Assembly (NCBI GenBank): GCA_963727805.1
Contig: CAVSHF010000003.1
Coordinates: 384,001 to 448,000, forward strand
DNA: 64,000 bases
Direction of reading: 5' to 3'
Origin: an uncultured Nitrospiraceae bacterium
Lineage (GTDB): Bacteria > Nitrospirota > Thermodesulfovibrionia > Thermodesulfovibrionales > Dissulfurispiraceae
In this document: in pieces, positions 49,799 through 59,717 of the stretch
How positions within the stretch are numbered: position 1 is the stretch's first letter
Layout of the letters: every line of letters begins with the position of its first letter
The notes under the pieces: model-generated
Databases searched by the model: none
Told to the model about the DNA's origin: nothing
What the model saw: only the letters and a program-made list of their open reading frames with translations
Made by a program: the position numbers and the translations under genes

Positions 49799-51151
49799 TT
49801 ATCCGCTGATATCGATATCTCCTGCGAGGAGATGAGAGGTACCTATATTACCATAAAAATGGAGGTCATCACCAATCAAAAGGATATTCTTAAAGAGTTG
49901 CAGAATGTTGCCGGAAATCAAAGCCTCTTTGACGGGATGAACGATGTCACCGTTTTCAATCCAGAGACCGGAAACACCAACAGAATACTCTCCCGAAATG
50001 GGGTTCGCCGTATGCATGCCCATCGTCTCGGTCACATAGATTCCCTTGCTTATCGATTTCATAAGACCGGAAAGGCTTTTTGCATATTCATCAGAGGTGG
50101 CCACAATAAATAGGTTGGTAGGACCGACCGTAGGAAGTCCTGCAAATCCGCCCCTCACCGCATTTCCAGTCGAGATCGTATGGTCTTTTCTCGACGTGTA
50201 TGTATTGTAAAGATATCCCTTGAGGACGCCTTTTTCGATAAGGGTCTTCTGCGTCGTCGCAACGCCTTCATCGTCCGCGGGGCGACTGCCCAACTTGCCC
50301 CGTAGGAGGCCGCTGTCAATGAGGTCAAGCCGTGAGCTGATTATCGTTTCCCCGATCTTTCCCGCGAGCATAGATTTCTTTTTCTGAACGGCTTCCGAAG
50401 AGAGGGCAGACGACAGAATGCCAAGGAATTCGGCAGCTACGGAAGAATCCAGGAGAACGAACCCTTTCGTAGGAGAAATCTTCTCTGCCCCAAGGAGTTG
50501 CAGTGCTCTGCCCGCTGCGTTTCGTCCAATCTCTTCAAAAGAAATATCCTTCAGAAAACGGCTTCCCTGATATTCCCATCCCATCTGGCTTTCATCGCTT
50601 TCTTCTGCAATTGCCATTATGTGGGCGGAACATGACGTAGATGAAAAATCGAGATTGACACCCCGAGAGTTGATGATCCGCGTGTGTCCGATGCCGAAAC
50701 TACCGGAAGCGCTCCGTGTTTTCCTTATTCTGCGGTCATTCATGAGCGCAGCACGCTCCATTGAAACGATCATGTCGATGGCATCCTTTTCATGTAAAGA
50801 TGCAACCGAACTGTCATAGACAACAACCTCGGACAAGGCGCTTCTGGCGGGAAGGCCACTATATTCATCAGGCTCCGTGAATTGGGAGGCTTCTACGGCG
50901 TTCCTGGCGACTGAATGGATATCGGCCGGATTGGTTGAATAAGAGAAGCCAAGCCGCCTATCTTTGAATACACGCACTGAATAACCAATCGAGTCGGACC
51001 TTTCTAAAGTATCGATTAGCTGGTTCTTTACTTCGATGCTTAGGTACTTTGACCCTCGCACATAGACTTCAGCCTCGTCAGCACCCTCCTGTAGCGCATG
51101 CTGCAGGAGTTCATCGGCAAAGTGGGCTTCAGAAGCAGGATGGTTCTTCAT
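49799..51151 (-). CDS. pmbA: TldD/PmbA family protein (PmbA/TldE-like)
   Basis: DDEGV, STGNAVRG, NPISGEYSVG and PVKEALISGN motifs; no HExxxH. Confidence 0.85.
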   Translation of the reverse strand: MKNHPASEAHFADELLQHALQEGADEAEVYVRGSKYLSIEVKNQLIDTLERSDSIGYSVRVFKDRRLGFSYSTNPADIHSVARNAVEASQFTEPDEYSGLPARSALSEVVVYDSSVASLHEKDAIDMIVSMERAALMNDRRIRKTRSASGSFGIGHTRIINSRGVNLDFSSTSCSAHIMAIAEESDESQMGWEYQGSRFLKDISFEEIGRNAAGRALQLLGAEKISPTKGFVLLDSSVAAEFLGILSSALSSEAVQKKKSMLAGKIGETIISSRLDLIDSGLLRGKLGSRPADDEGVATTQKTLIEKGVLKGYLYNTYTSRKDHTISTGNAVRGGFAGLPTVGPTNLFIVATSDEYAKSLSGLMKSISKGIYVTETMGMHTANPISGEYSVGVSGLWIENGDIVHPVKEALISGNILQLFKNILLIGDDLHFYGNIGTSHLLAGDIDISG

Positions 51152-51519
51152 TCTTCAGTATAGGTCGCAGAAGCTGTGTCGGATTCCCAGACCGTCACGG
51201 ACTTCAGCCTTACCTCATATCCCGCGGCTTTCTCTTTCAGTGAATTAAAAATCCATCGGGCAATGTTTTCTGAAGAGGGATTGATATCGGTAAAGGGAGC
51301 CAGGGAGTTTAGGCAAGTATGATCGATAGGGCCAACGATCTCGTTGGTGATTCGCTTGAGTTCGGTAAAGTCCATAGCCAGACCTATGTCGTTCAGGTTC
51401 TGCGAAGAAACACAGACCTGCACCTTCCAGCTATGGCCATGGAGGTTTTCGCATCTTCCCATATATCCCCGGAGTTGATGCGCGGAGGCGAATTTCATTT
51501 CAATCATTAAAGTATACAT
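51148..51519 (-). CDS. queD: 6-carboxy-5,6,7,8-tetrahydropterin synthase
   Basis: FASAHQL..Y.GRCENLHGHSW, DH..LN, NPSSENIA and VWES motifs; ATG 51519 preceded by AAGGA. Confidence 0.92.
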   Translation of the reverse strand: MYTLMIEMKFASAHQLRGYMGRCENLHGHSWKVQVCVSSQNLNDIGLAMDFTELKRITNEIVGPIDHTCLNSLAPFTDINPSSENIARWIFNSLKEKAAGYEVRLKSVTVWESDTASATYTEE

Positions 51520-51542
51520 AGCATGTCCTTTAGCCGGGGATA

Positions 51543-52064
51543 TCAAGTCTTCTTTTTAAAAATGGCGATATAAGGGAGGTTCCTGAACCGGTCCTCGTAA
51601 TCGAGTCCGTAGCCGACAAAAAATTCATTGGGGATATCGAAGCCGATATAATCGAGGTGTACCTCCACGACCCGGCGCTCTTTTTTATTGAGAAATGCGC
51701 AGATCTTTAAACTTTCGGGGTTCCTTGTTAGTATCCTTTCGCGGAGAAAATTGAGTGATATACCGGTGTCGATGATATCATCGATGAGGAGGACATTCTT
51801 GCCCTTGAGGTCTTCTTTGATATCGTAATGCACTTTCACTTCACCCGTGGACGTCGTTCTTATATAACTCGACGCCACGATGAAATCGATCGTGACCGGT
51901 TGCTGGATAGCCCTGACAAGGTCGGAAAAGAACATGAAGGAACCCTTGAGGATACCCACGGCAACAATCTCTTTACCCAGGTAATCGCGGGAGATACTTT
52001 CTGCCAGTTCAGCGACCTTGCTCTGGATCTGCTCCGTGGTAAAAAAAGGTTTTCCAATGATCAT
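51543..52064 (-). CDS. hpt: Hypoxanthine phosphoribosyltransferase
   Basis: GILKGSFMFFSDL, VLLIDDIIDTG and FFVGYGLDY...RNLPYI motifs. Confidence 0.94.
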   Translation of the reverse strand: MIIGKPFFTTEQIQSKVAELAESISRDYLGKEIVAVGILKGSFMFFSDLVRAIQQPVTIDFIVASSYIRTTSTGEVKVHYDIKEDLKGKNVLLIDDIIDTGISLNFLRERILTRNPESLKICAFLNKKERRVVEVHLDYIGFDIPNEFFVGYGLDYEDRFRNLPYIAIFKKKT

Positions 52065-52236
52065 AGGGAGAGCCTCCGTTTCAAACTTTAGATTATATAT
52101 AATACTTCTATATTGTTTCCAATCTCAACATAGCAAAAGAAATAGGGTCGAGACCTACCTTGCACTTGCAATGCCATGCAGGCATCTAATCATTTTTGGT
52201 AGTATAAGAGTACAATTTAATGTTTTGGAGGAATCC

Positions 52237-53130
52237 TTGAAGAAAAACAGAATATCTTTATATAAAGTTATCGCTTTATTGGTTTTAACTATCGTCAGCA
52301 TGGTCTCGTGTGTGCAGAGGGAAGTTATTCAGCCACAGCGCGAGCCTGCAAAGATTGCCGTGGTTCTCGGGGGGGGCGCCGCGCGTGGGTTCGCGCACAT
52401 CGGAGTGCTGAAGATACTCGAATCGAATAAGATCCCGATTAATATGATTATCGGTACCAGCGCCGGCAGCTTTGTCGGAAGCCTTTATGCTTATGGACTC
52501 AACGCGTTCCAGATTCAGAAGATTTCTCTGGACATTGAACGGGGGGACATTGCCGACTTCACGATCCCCGACAACGGGTTCATTAAAGGGGATTTGCTTG
52601 AAGATTATGTGAACAGGATGCTCCGAAATACGCTCATGGAAAAGCTCAGGATTCCTTTCTATGCGGTTGCAACGGATATACAGACGGGAAAGGAAATGGT
52701 TTTTGGCAGCGGCAACACCGGTAAGGCAGTGCGGGCGAGTTGTGCGATTCCAGGTGTGTTCAATCCTGTACGAATCGGCGATAGAATGTATGTGGATGGC
52801 AGCGTCGTCAGTCCGGTGGCCGTAGACGCAGCGAAAAGACTCGGTGCCGATGTTGTCATCGCCATCGATATTTCATCCGAGCTCGCCACAACCCAGCCCT
52901 CGGGTACTATCGAGACCATTCTCCAGTCGATCAATATCATGAGTTCGAAGATATCGGTGACTCAACTCTCTAGGGCTGATGTTGTTATAAGGCCGGCGGT
53001 GGGGCAAATCGGTTCTGCTGATTTCACCAAGAGACATGAGGCGATTCTTGAGGGTGAAAAAGCAGCCTTACAGTCGCTACCGAAGATTCAGGAAATTGTG
53101 GCGCAGCTAAAGCGGGAAGGGAGATTATAA
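52237..53130 (+). CDS. Patatin-like phospholipase, probable lipoprotein
   Basis: GGGAARG, GTSAG and DGS motifs; GGAGG before in-frame TTG 52237 gives signal peptide ending VSC. Confidence 0.88.
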   Translation: MKKNRISLYKVIALLVLTIVSMVSCVQREVIQPQREPAKIAVVLGGGAARGFAHIGVLKILESNKIPINMIIGTSAGSFVGSLYAYGLNAFQIQKISLDIERGDIADFTIPDNGFIKGDLLEDYVNRMLRNTLMEKLRIPFYAVATDIQTGKEMVFGSGNTGKAVRASCAIPGVFNPVRIGDRMYVDGSVVSPVAVDAAKRLGADVVIAIDISSELATTQPSGTIETILQSINIMSSKISVTQLSRADVVIRPAVGQIGSADFTKRHEAILEGEKAALQSLPKIQEIVAQLKREGRL

Positions 53131-53187
53131 GCGATGAGGATAAAATGTGACTACTGCTCAATCATCTCAATTACTATTCCTTCAGAA

Positions 53188-53625
53188 TCACAAATCAATA
53201 GAATCTTCAAGGTCTTTGATCATAATCTCCTGTTCTGATATAACTTCCTTAACCACGTCGCCGATCGTTATGATACCCTTAATTTGTTTGTCGTCAAAAA
53301 CAGGCAAGTGACGAATGTGTTTTGATGTCATTAACGCCATGCATTCATCAAGGGTATTTTCCGGTTTAACGTAGAATACGTCTCGAGTCATCAGTTCGCT
53401 GACATTTGTATCCTTGGAAGATTTTCCCTTGAGGATCACCTTTCTTGCATAATCACGTTCCGAAAATACTCCAACAAGTTTTTCATTCTCAAAGACTAAT
53501 ACAGCTCCGATATTCTTCTCAGCCATCACTTCGAGAGCTTCATATGCCGTCGTCGTGGGAGATACTGACCAGATTTCACTACCTCGGCCTTTTAATATAT
53601 CTTTGACAGTTTTCACGGATGCCAT
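53188..53625 (-). CDS. CBS-domain pair protein
   Basis: GAVLV...VGVFSERDYARKV...LMT...IRHLPV...GIITIGDVVK. Confidence 0.9.
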   Translation of the reverse strand: MASVKTVKDILKGRGSEIWSVSPTTTAYEALEVMAEKNIGAVLVFENEKLVGVFSERDYARKVILKGKSSKDTNVSELMTRDVFYVKPENTLDECMALMTSKHIRHLPVFDDKQIKGIITIGDVVKEVISEQEIMIKDLEDSIDL

Positions 53626-54271
53626 ATCACCATTCCTCCTTCATGAATAGTATCAAATAAATAGAGCCATGCATTTCCCAATGTCCATTGGTTAGGCCAG
53701 ATGCTATTACGTTTTGGTCATCCTTAACAATTACCAAAACGCATGCATGTTGCCTTTTATCTGTATGGGTTTATTTAAAGATATATTGCCCTGATATGCT
53801 TACTCAAGAGCTCTTTCTACTTAGAGCTTCAACTGGTCCTTTAAGCTTGCCCATTGCTTCCGGAGGCTTGCTCATCAGATCCTTACCCCGATCTTAGTAT
53901 GTTTGTTTCTTCGGGGATGTTGTCTCAGAAACTTTTATTTCGCAATTGTAATTAAAGCATATCTTACTTTTCTCCAATTGTATAGTATTTTAAATATTAT
54001 AAGGCTGTGGTGCATAAGAGAGCATCGTCAATCATTGGAAGGTGATCTATGTGAATCTTAACTTTGTTGTCTAGGGGGGTGATCGTTATTACGTAAATCT
54101 TGCTGTTGCAAAAAGAAACCAATAACCAGGTTTCTTATAATATTATAAAAACGCCGGGGCATTTCTTACATCCTTTACCTGCATCTATAAAGTTATGAGA
54201 GCCTGTTGATTAGGCAATTCCCCATGTTGTATTCGTCAAGATAATATATTAAACTTAAGCAGGAGGATGCG

Positions 54272-54433
54272 ATGGGTACTTCCTCAAAAATGTTTCTTAA
54301 TGCAACAGACGGCGGAGCTGGTCTCTTCTCCTGCCATAATCAATTCATATTCGTCTTTTCGACTCGCTTTCATCGACTGAAACGTGGCCCAACAGTATTA
54401 AGCAGTATGAATAAGACTTATTGGTATGCGTAA
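54272..54433 (+). CDS. Small upstream ORF (53 aa) translationally coupled to nuoD2
   Basis: AGGAGG (54261-54266) 5 nt before ATG 54272; TAA overlaps the nuoD2 ATG (TAATG). Confidence 0.45.
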   Translation: MGTSSKMFLNATDGGAGLFSCHNQFIFVFSTRFHRLKRGPTVLSSMNKTYWYA

Positions 54434-55632
54434 TGTCATCCGGGGAATCTGTCACCAATAGCAAGAGAGATCTCGTCATAAACATGGGACCGCAGCACCC
54501 GGCTACCCATGGTGTGCTCAGGCTTATCCTGGACCTCGAAGGAGAGATGGTCTTAAAATGCACACCCTGTATCGGTTACCTGCATCGCGGTACCGAGAAA
54601 CTGGCAGAGAACCTAACCTATCTCTCGGCCTTGCCTCTCATGGACAGACTCGACTACCTCGCAAGCATTCTGACCACTCAGGGATACTGCCTTGCCGTGG
54701 AGCGTCTCCTGGGGTTCGAACCACCCGTGAGGGCCAAGTATATCAGGACCATGGTCGCCGAAATGGCCCGGATATCGAGCCACCTGCTCTGGTTGGCAAC
54801 CCATGCCCTCGACATTGGTGCAATGACCGTCTTCTTTTACACCTTCAGAGAGCGGGAGCGGATTCTCGACCTGTTCGAGATCCTCAGCGGGGCACGGCTG
54901 ACGACAAGCTATCCTAGAATCGGTGGGGTGAAAAGCGATGTTTCGCAGGAATTCCTTGACAGCCTTTACTCATTCACAGAGGATTTCCCCGGGAAGATCG
55001 TGGAGTATGAGACACTTATCGACCAGAACCCGATTTGGCTTAAAAGAACCAAGGGTGTGGGCGTCATCTCTGCCGAGGAGGCGATCAACTGGGGATTAAG
55101 CGGACCCATTTTGCGGGCTTCCGGGGTGCCCTATGACGTAAGGAAGTTCTCCCCGTACGATGCCTATGATCAGGTCGACTTCGATGTGCCCGTCGGCAGC
55201 AACTGTGATGTGTACGACAGGTACCGATGCAGGATGCTCGAAATGAGACAATCAAACCGGATAATCGCTCAATGTATAGAAAAACTTCCTGTCGGACCCA
55301 TATTGACGCCGGATATGCCTAAATACATCCTGCCGCCGAAGGATGATATCCTGACAAGCATGGAGGCTATGGTTCATCATTTCGTGCTTGTCACCAAGGG
55401 GCCTATCAGTGCGGCAGCAGGTGAGATATACTCAGCGGTTGAGGCCCCCAAGGGAGAATTGGGATTTTTCCTTGTCAGCGATGGCACCGGGAAACCTTAC
55501 CGGATGAGGATACGCGCACCGTCTTTTGTTCATGCATCGATCTTGCCGAAATTGTGCGAAGGCGGCCTTCTCGCCGATGTCATCGCGAACATCGGGAGTG
55601 TTGATATTGTACTGGGGGAATGTGACCGGTAA
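54433..55632 (+). CDS. nuoD: NADH-quinone oxidoreductase subunit D (copy 2)
   Basis: [30 protein letters not shown] and DIVLGECDR motifs; ATG 54433 (TTG 54421 alternative). Confidence 0.94.
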   Translation: MSSGESVTNSKRDLVINMGPQHPATHGVLRLILDLEGEMVLKCTPCIGYLHRGTEKLAENLTYLSALPLMDRLDYLASILTTQGYCLAVERLLGFEPPVRAKYIRTMVAEMARISSHLLWLATHALDIGAMTVFFYTFRERERILDLFEILSGARLTTSYPRIGGVKSDVSQEFLDSLYSFTEDFPGKIVEYETLIDQNPIWLKRTKGVGVISAEEAINWGLSGPILRASGVPYDVRKFSPYDAYDQVDFDVPVGSNCDVYDRYRCRMLEMRQSNRIIAQCIEKLPVGPILTPDMPKYILPPKDDILTSMEAMVHHFVLVTKGPISAAAGEIYSAVEAPKGELGFFLVSDGTGKPYRMRIRAPSFVHASILPKLCEGGLLADVIANIGSVDIVLGECDR

Positions 55633-55679
55633 TAGTGTTATTAACGCAAAGCCTGACCATTTGATTGGGTGACTGAGAA

Positions 55680-56225
55680 ATGACATTCCGCAAGCTGGCA
55701 AGGACTATCTTACATCTGGACTTTCTTAAAGCGATGTCGCTTACCTTCATGAGTTTGTTCAGTAAGCCGATCACCAGACAATATCCTTCAGAGAAGAGAC
55801 CGGTAGCATCAGGGTTCCGGGGTCTCCACGCCCTCACCCGGGACTTTGTCACAGGCGAAGCTAGATGTGTGGGCTGCGGGCTCTGTTCCGCCATTTGTCC
55901 ATCGCAGTGCATTCACATTTACACTAGTGAGGGACCGGATAACAAGAAAATAGTAGAGCGCTATGAGATAGAAGTCCTGAGGTGTGTCTATTGCTGCTTG
56001 TGCGTGGAGGCATGTCCTTATACTGCTATAGCACTGACGGAGCATTATGAATACGTAGCTTTCAGCCGGCAGGCACTCTACATGACGAAAGACCGCCTGC
56101 TGGACAATTATGACTCATACATGGGGCGTGAGAAGGATGAGCACTATTTCAGGCTTTTCTGGCATCCGCGCAGGACGGACTTTATAACTCCTCTGGACCA
56201 GGCAGTATTTCGAAGGCGCCCGTAG
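55680..56225 (+). CDS. nuoI: NADH-quinone oxidoreductase subunit I (copy 2)
   Basis: TRQYPSE, FRGLH, CVGCGLCSAICP and CVYCCLCVEACP motifs. Confidence 0.92.
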   Translation: MTFRKLARTILHLDFLKAMSLTFMSLFSKPITRQYPSEKRPVASGFRGLHALTRDFVTGEARCVGCGLCSAICPSQCIHIYTSEGPDNKKIVERYEIEVLRCVYCCLCVEACPYTAIALTEHYEYVAFSRQALYMTKDRLLDNYDSYMGREKDEHYFRLFWHPRRTDFITPLDQAVFRRRP

Positions 56226-56321
56226 AGTGCTTTCACCATGAAGAGGGTGGTGCTCTCCCTTTACCGACATGGAAGCTAACAGTAGTGATACTGCATGTAA
56301 TCAGTTGCAAGGAGGTTCGCC

Positions 56322-56771
56322 GTGACAGGATATGTATCTACAGACATAATATTGGCTGCAATTGTCACACTTGTGGTCGCAGCGGTTGCCTCTGTTCTCA
56401 TAATTCGGGACTATGCCTTAAAGTATAGGCAGGCTGTAGAGCGGGGCAAAAAAATATCAAAAAAAACAACTGCAAAGCAAATGTTACCGATTGTAGGCAG
56501 CCATGTGAAGTTTCAGGATGAGACTGGTGTGGATTGTGATGCCGTTGTCATTGCCATTCACAATCCTAAAATGTTCACTCTGGCTGTTACAGGTAGTGAC
56601 AATACGGACAGAACCCAATATTTCAGGGACATTGAAAAAGATGCTTTCACAGCACACGGCAACATGCACCCGCTATACGGCTTCAACTATGGATATACTG
56701 AGGAGGGGCTGAGATCATATGGTGTCACCGAAGAATATAATGAACTGCTCCACTATAGTCACATCAATTGA
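56322..56771 (+). CDS. Hypothetical protein with single N-terminal TM helix
   Basis: AAGGAGG RBS before GTG; hydrophobic IILAAIVTLVVAAVASVLII followed by basic stretch. Confidence 0.65.
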   Translation: MTGYVSTDIILAAIVTLVVAAVASVLIIRDYALKYRQAVERGKKISKKTTAKQMLPIVGSHVKFQDETGVDCDAVVIAIHNPKMFTLAVTGSDNTDRTQYFRDIEKDAFTAHGNMHPLYGFNYGYTEEGLRSYGVTEEYNELLHYSHIN

Positions 56772-56843
56772 TTCTGAGAGTATAGGGCCTCCGCATCAGA
56801 GGGATACGGAAAAGGCAGGATCTGCTTTGCTGGAGCGAAAACA

Positions 56844-57704
56844 ATGAGTTCTAAAATCCTAGTGGTCGATGACAGGTTGATCGCACTGAGCGGGCTCAAA
56901 GGCGTGCTGGCGCCGGAAGGGTATACTGTGGATAGCTCCCATGCAAAGAGTGAGGCCGCAGTCATGCTGGAGGGGACACGGTATGACCTTGTCATCACAG
57001 ATCTTGATCCGGCCGCCAGAGAGAGCATCGAGTTTCTCAGACATTTGAGAAACACTTCGCCGGAAGCGCGTGTTGTTCTCATGGCGAAGTCGCCGTCGCG
57101 GGAGCAAATCAGAAAGGCGCTGGCACAGAAAATCGAGTTCTATCTCCCCTACAATTCTCCGCCATCCCTGATGCGCAAGACTATCAGCCGTGCCCTCCGG
57201 AAGGCGGTGGGAAGACATGTCGACATACCTCCCAAGGAGGAATGGGACCCGGAAATCCTGCGGAAGTTGGATGACATCATTGCGCGCAACAAGAAGAAAG
57301 CCGGCAGCCTGATCCCCGTGCTCCAGATGGCACAGGAGATAACCGGGTATCTGCCTCCGTCAATACTCAAGCATATCGCAAAGGGCATGCGAATACCGGA
57401 GAGCGAAATACACGGAGTGGTCTCTTTCTATTCGTTCTTCACCATGAAGCCCCGGGGCAGACACAATATCCGCGTCTGTCTTGGGACCGCATGCTATGTT
57501 AAGGCCGCTGAGGAGATCATCAGAAACCTGAGCGAAGGGCTGCAGGTAGAGGTTGGGGGTATGACCGCGGACAAGAAGTTCTCGCTGGAGACCGTGCGAT
57601 GCCTCGGCGCCTGCGGGCTCGCACCCGTAGTTGTGGTGGACAAAGATACTCATGGGTTCATAAACCCCGTCAAGGCACTGGACATAGTGAAGGATTATGA
57701 ATAA
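56844..57704 (+). CDS. nuoE: Receiver (REC)-like domain fused to NuoE/HydC-type [2Fe-2S] subunit
   Basis: N-terminal KILVVDD...YDLVITD receiver fold; C-terminal LIPVLQMAQEITGYLP, VSFYSFF, CLGTAC and CLGAC motifs. Confidence 0.88.
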   Translation: MSSKILVVDDRLIALSGLKGVLAPEGYTVDSSHAKSEAAVMLEGTRYDLVITDLDPAARESIEFLRHLRNTSPEARVVLMAKSPSREQIRKALAQKIEFYLPYNSPPSLMRKTISRALRKAVGRHVDIPPKEEWDPEILRKLDDIIARNKKKAGSLIPVLQMAQEITGYLPPSILKHIAKGMRIPESEIHGVVSFYSFFTMKPRGRHNIRVCLGTACYVKAAEEIIRNLSEGLQVEVGGMTADKKFSLETVRCLGACGLAPVVVVDKDTHGFINPVKALDIVKDYE

Positions 57705-57773
57705 TGCTGCGGTGGGGAGACCATTGGGTCCCGCCTTTGGCACTCGGTTTCGTACGAATTAAAGGAGGTTGTA

Positions 57774-59717
57774 ATGTCCCGTCTTACCCTCGATAGTTTC
57801 AAAAGTCTGGCGGAATCATTGCGCAGGGAACGGCTCGAGGGCGGTGCTCAACACTATCGCGCGAGCATCATGCTCTGCGGCGGGACCGGATGTATTGCCG
57901 GGGGCAGCGTCAAGATCAGGGACACCTTCAATGCTGAACTCAAGAACAAAGGCCTTGCGAACGACATCAACGTCGTTCTTACCGGATGCAATGGTTTTTG
58001 CGCTCAGGGGCCGGTGCTCACCATCCAGCCCGACGATACTTTTTACGAGAAAGTTACCGTGGGAGATGTTCCGACCATTGTGGAAGAACACTTTATAAAC
58101 AATAATCCTGTGGCACGCCTTATGTACAAAGACCCTATCAGCAAACAGTCCATTCCGCGTGCGCAGGATATCCCTTTCTTCAGCCACCAGATCCTCAGGG
58201 CTCTTAGAAACAAAGGCCTCATAGACCCCGAAAAAATAGAGGACTACATAGCGAGGGATGGCTACCTGGCAGCCGCCAAGGCCCTCTTTGAAATGACCCC
58301 TGATGAGATAATTGCAGAGATCAAACGCTCGGGGTTGCGCGGTCGGGGTGGCGCCGGCTTCCCAACAGGGCTTAAGTGGGAAGAAGCAGCACGAGTAAAA
58401 GCCGGCCTGAAATATATCCTCTGTAATGGAGACGAAGGGGATCCTGGCGCGTTTATGGACAGGAGCATTATGGAGGGTGACCCACATGTTGTCCTTGAAG
58501 GCATGATCATCGGGGCCAGGGCAATCGGTTCTCACAAGGGGTACATCTATGTTAGGGCCGAATATCCTCTTGCGGTAAACCATCTGCAGGTCGCTCTTGA
58601 TCAGGCGAATGAGTACGGACTCCTGGGTACCGACATCCTGGGGTCGGGCTTCGACCTCGATATAGAAATTTACCAGGGTGCGGGAGCCTTCGTCTGTGGG
58701 GAGTCAACGGCCCTGATGACATCCATCGAAGGCAAACGCGGCATGCCCCGAACAAAGCCGCCCCAGTCTGTCGAACAAGGGCTCTTCGGCAAGCCCTCCG
58801 TGCTTAATAACGTCGAAACATTCGCCAACGTGCCGCTTATCGTACTTCATGGTGCCGAGTGGTTCAGGAGCCTCGGATCCGAAAAGTCGACGGGCACAAA
58901 GGTATTTGCCCTGAGTGGGGCAGTGAACAACATCGGACTCATAGAAGTCCCGATGGGGACCCCACTCAGGCAAATTATATTCGATATCGGCGGCGGCATT
59001 CCAAAGCGCAGAAAGTTCAAGGCCGTGCAGCTTGGCGGTCCTTCAGGCGGCTGTATCCCGGAGCAACTTCTCGACACCCCAGTTACGTTCGAAGACATTG
59101 TAAAAACAGGCGCCATTATGGGCTCCGGTGGCATGGTAGTGATGGACGACCTCAATTGCATGGTAAGCGTCGCCAAGTTTTTTCTTGAGTTCACTGCAGA
59201 CGAGTCCTGCGGCAAATGTACCCCTTGCAGGATCGGAACGACGGTGCTTTATGAGCTGCTCACAGAGATCACCGAGGGAAGAGGCAAAGAAGGCGACATC
59301 GAACTTATCGATGACCTTTCAAAGGACATCATTGCTTCTTCGCTGTGTGGTCTCGGTCAGAGCGCGCCCAATCCGGTACTGACCACCATTCAGTATTTCA
59401 GAGACGAATTCGACGCGCATATCAGACAAAAGTGGTGTCCCACCGGCGTATGCAAGGAACTCTGCACTTTCTATATTACCCGTGAGACGTGTACGGGCTG
59501 TGGCGCCTGTTCGAGGGTCTGCCCCAAAAAGGCGATTTCAGGAGAAAAAAAGAAGCCGCATCATATCGCGCAGGAACTTTGTATCCAATGCCGTTCCTGT
59601 TATTTGGCATGCCGTTTCAATTCCATAAAAATTGGCCCACGTAGTATGAGGGATGAATTGGCGGCGCAGGGCATTCCTGAAGAGATAGCCGGCGCGACTG
59701 CCGCCGGGAAGGAGTGA
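57774..59717 (+). CDS. nuoF: NuoF/HydB-like flavoprotein with N-terminal [2Fe-2S] and C-terminal 2x[4Fe-4S] domains
   Basis: CGGTGC...GCNGFC, RGRGGAGFPTG, DEGDPGAFMDR, CGESTAL, GGPSGG, ESCGKCTPCR and two ferredoxin motifs. Confidence 0.92.
   Translation: MSRLTLDSFKSLAESLRRERLEGGAQHYRASIMLCGGTGCIAGGSVKIRDTFNAELKNKGLANDINVVLTGCNGFCAQGPVLTIQPDDTFYEKVTVGDVPTIVEEHFINNNPVARLMYKDPISKQSIPRAQDIPFFSHQILRALRNKGLIDPEKIEDYIARDGYLAAAKALFEMTPDEIIAEIKRSGLRGRGGAGFPTGLKWEEAARVKAGLKYILCNGDEGDPGAFMDRSIMEGDPHVVLEGMIIGARAIGSHKGYIYVRAEYPLAVNHLQVALDQANEYGLLGTDILGSGFDLDIEIYQGAGAFVCGESTALMTSIEGKRGMPRTKPPQSVEQGLFGKPSVLNNVETFANVPLIVLHGAEWFRSLGSEKSTGTKVFALSGAVNNIGLIEVPMGTPLRQIIFDIGGGIPKRRKFKAVQLGGPSGGCIPEQLLDTPVTFEDIVKTGAIMGSGGMVVMDDLNCMVSVAKFFLEFTADESCGKCTPCRIGTTVLYELLTEITEGRGKEGDIELIDDLSKDIIASSLCGLGQSAPNPVLTTIQYFRDEFDAHIRQKWCPTGVCKELCTFYITRETCTGCGACSRVCPKKAISGEKKKPHHIAQELCIQCRSCYLACRFNSIKIGPRSMRDELAAQGIPEEIAGATAAGKE

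Noticed and set aside
52018..52236. N-terminal 73 aa of the 370-aa patatin ORF
   Set aside because: Overlaps hpt and the AT-rich divergent promoter region; RBS and signal peptide support TTG 52237
53688..53897. 69-aa ORF in the CBS-nuoD2 intergenic region
   Set aside because: TTG start without RBS and no protein-like features; likely regulatory DNA
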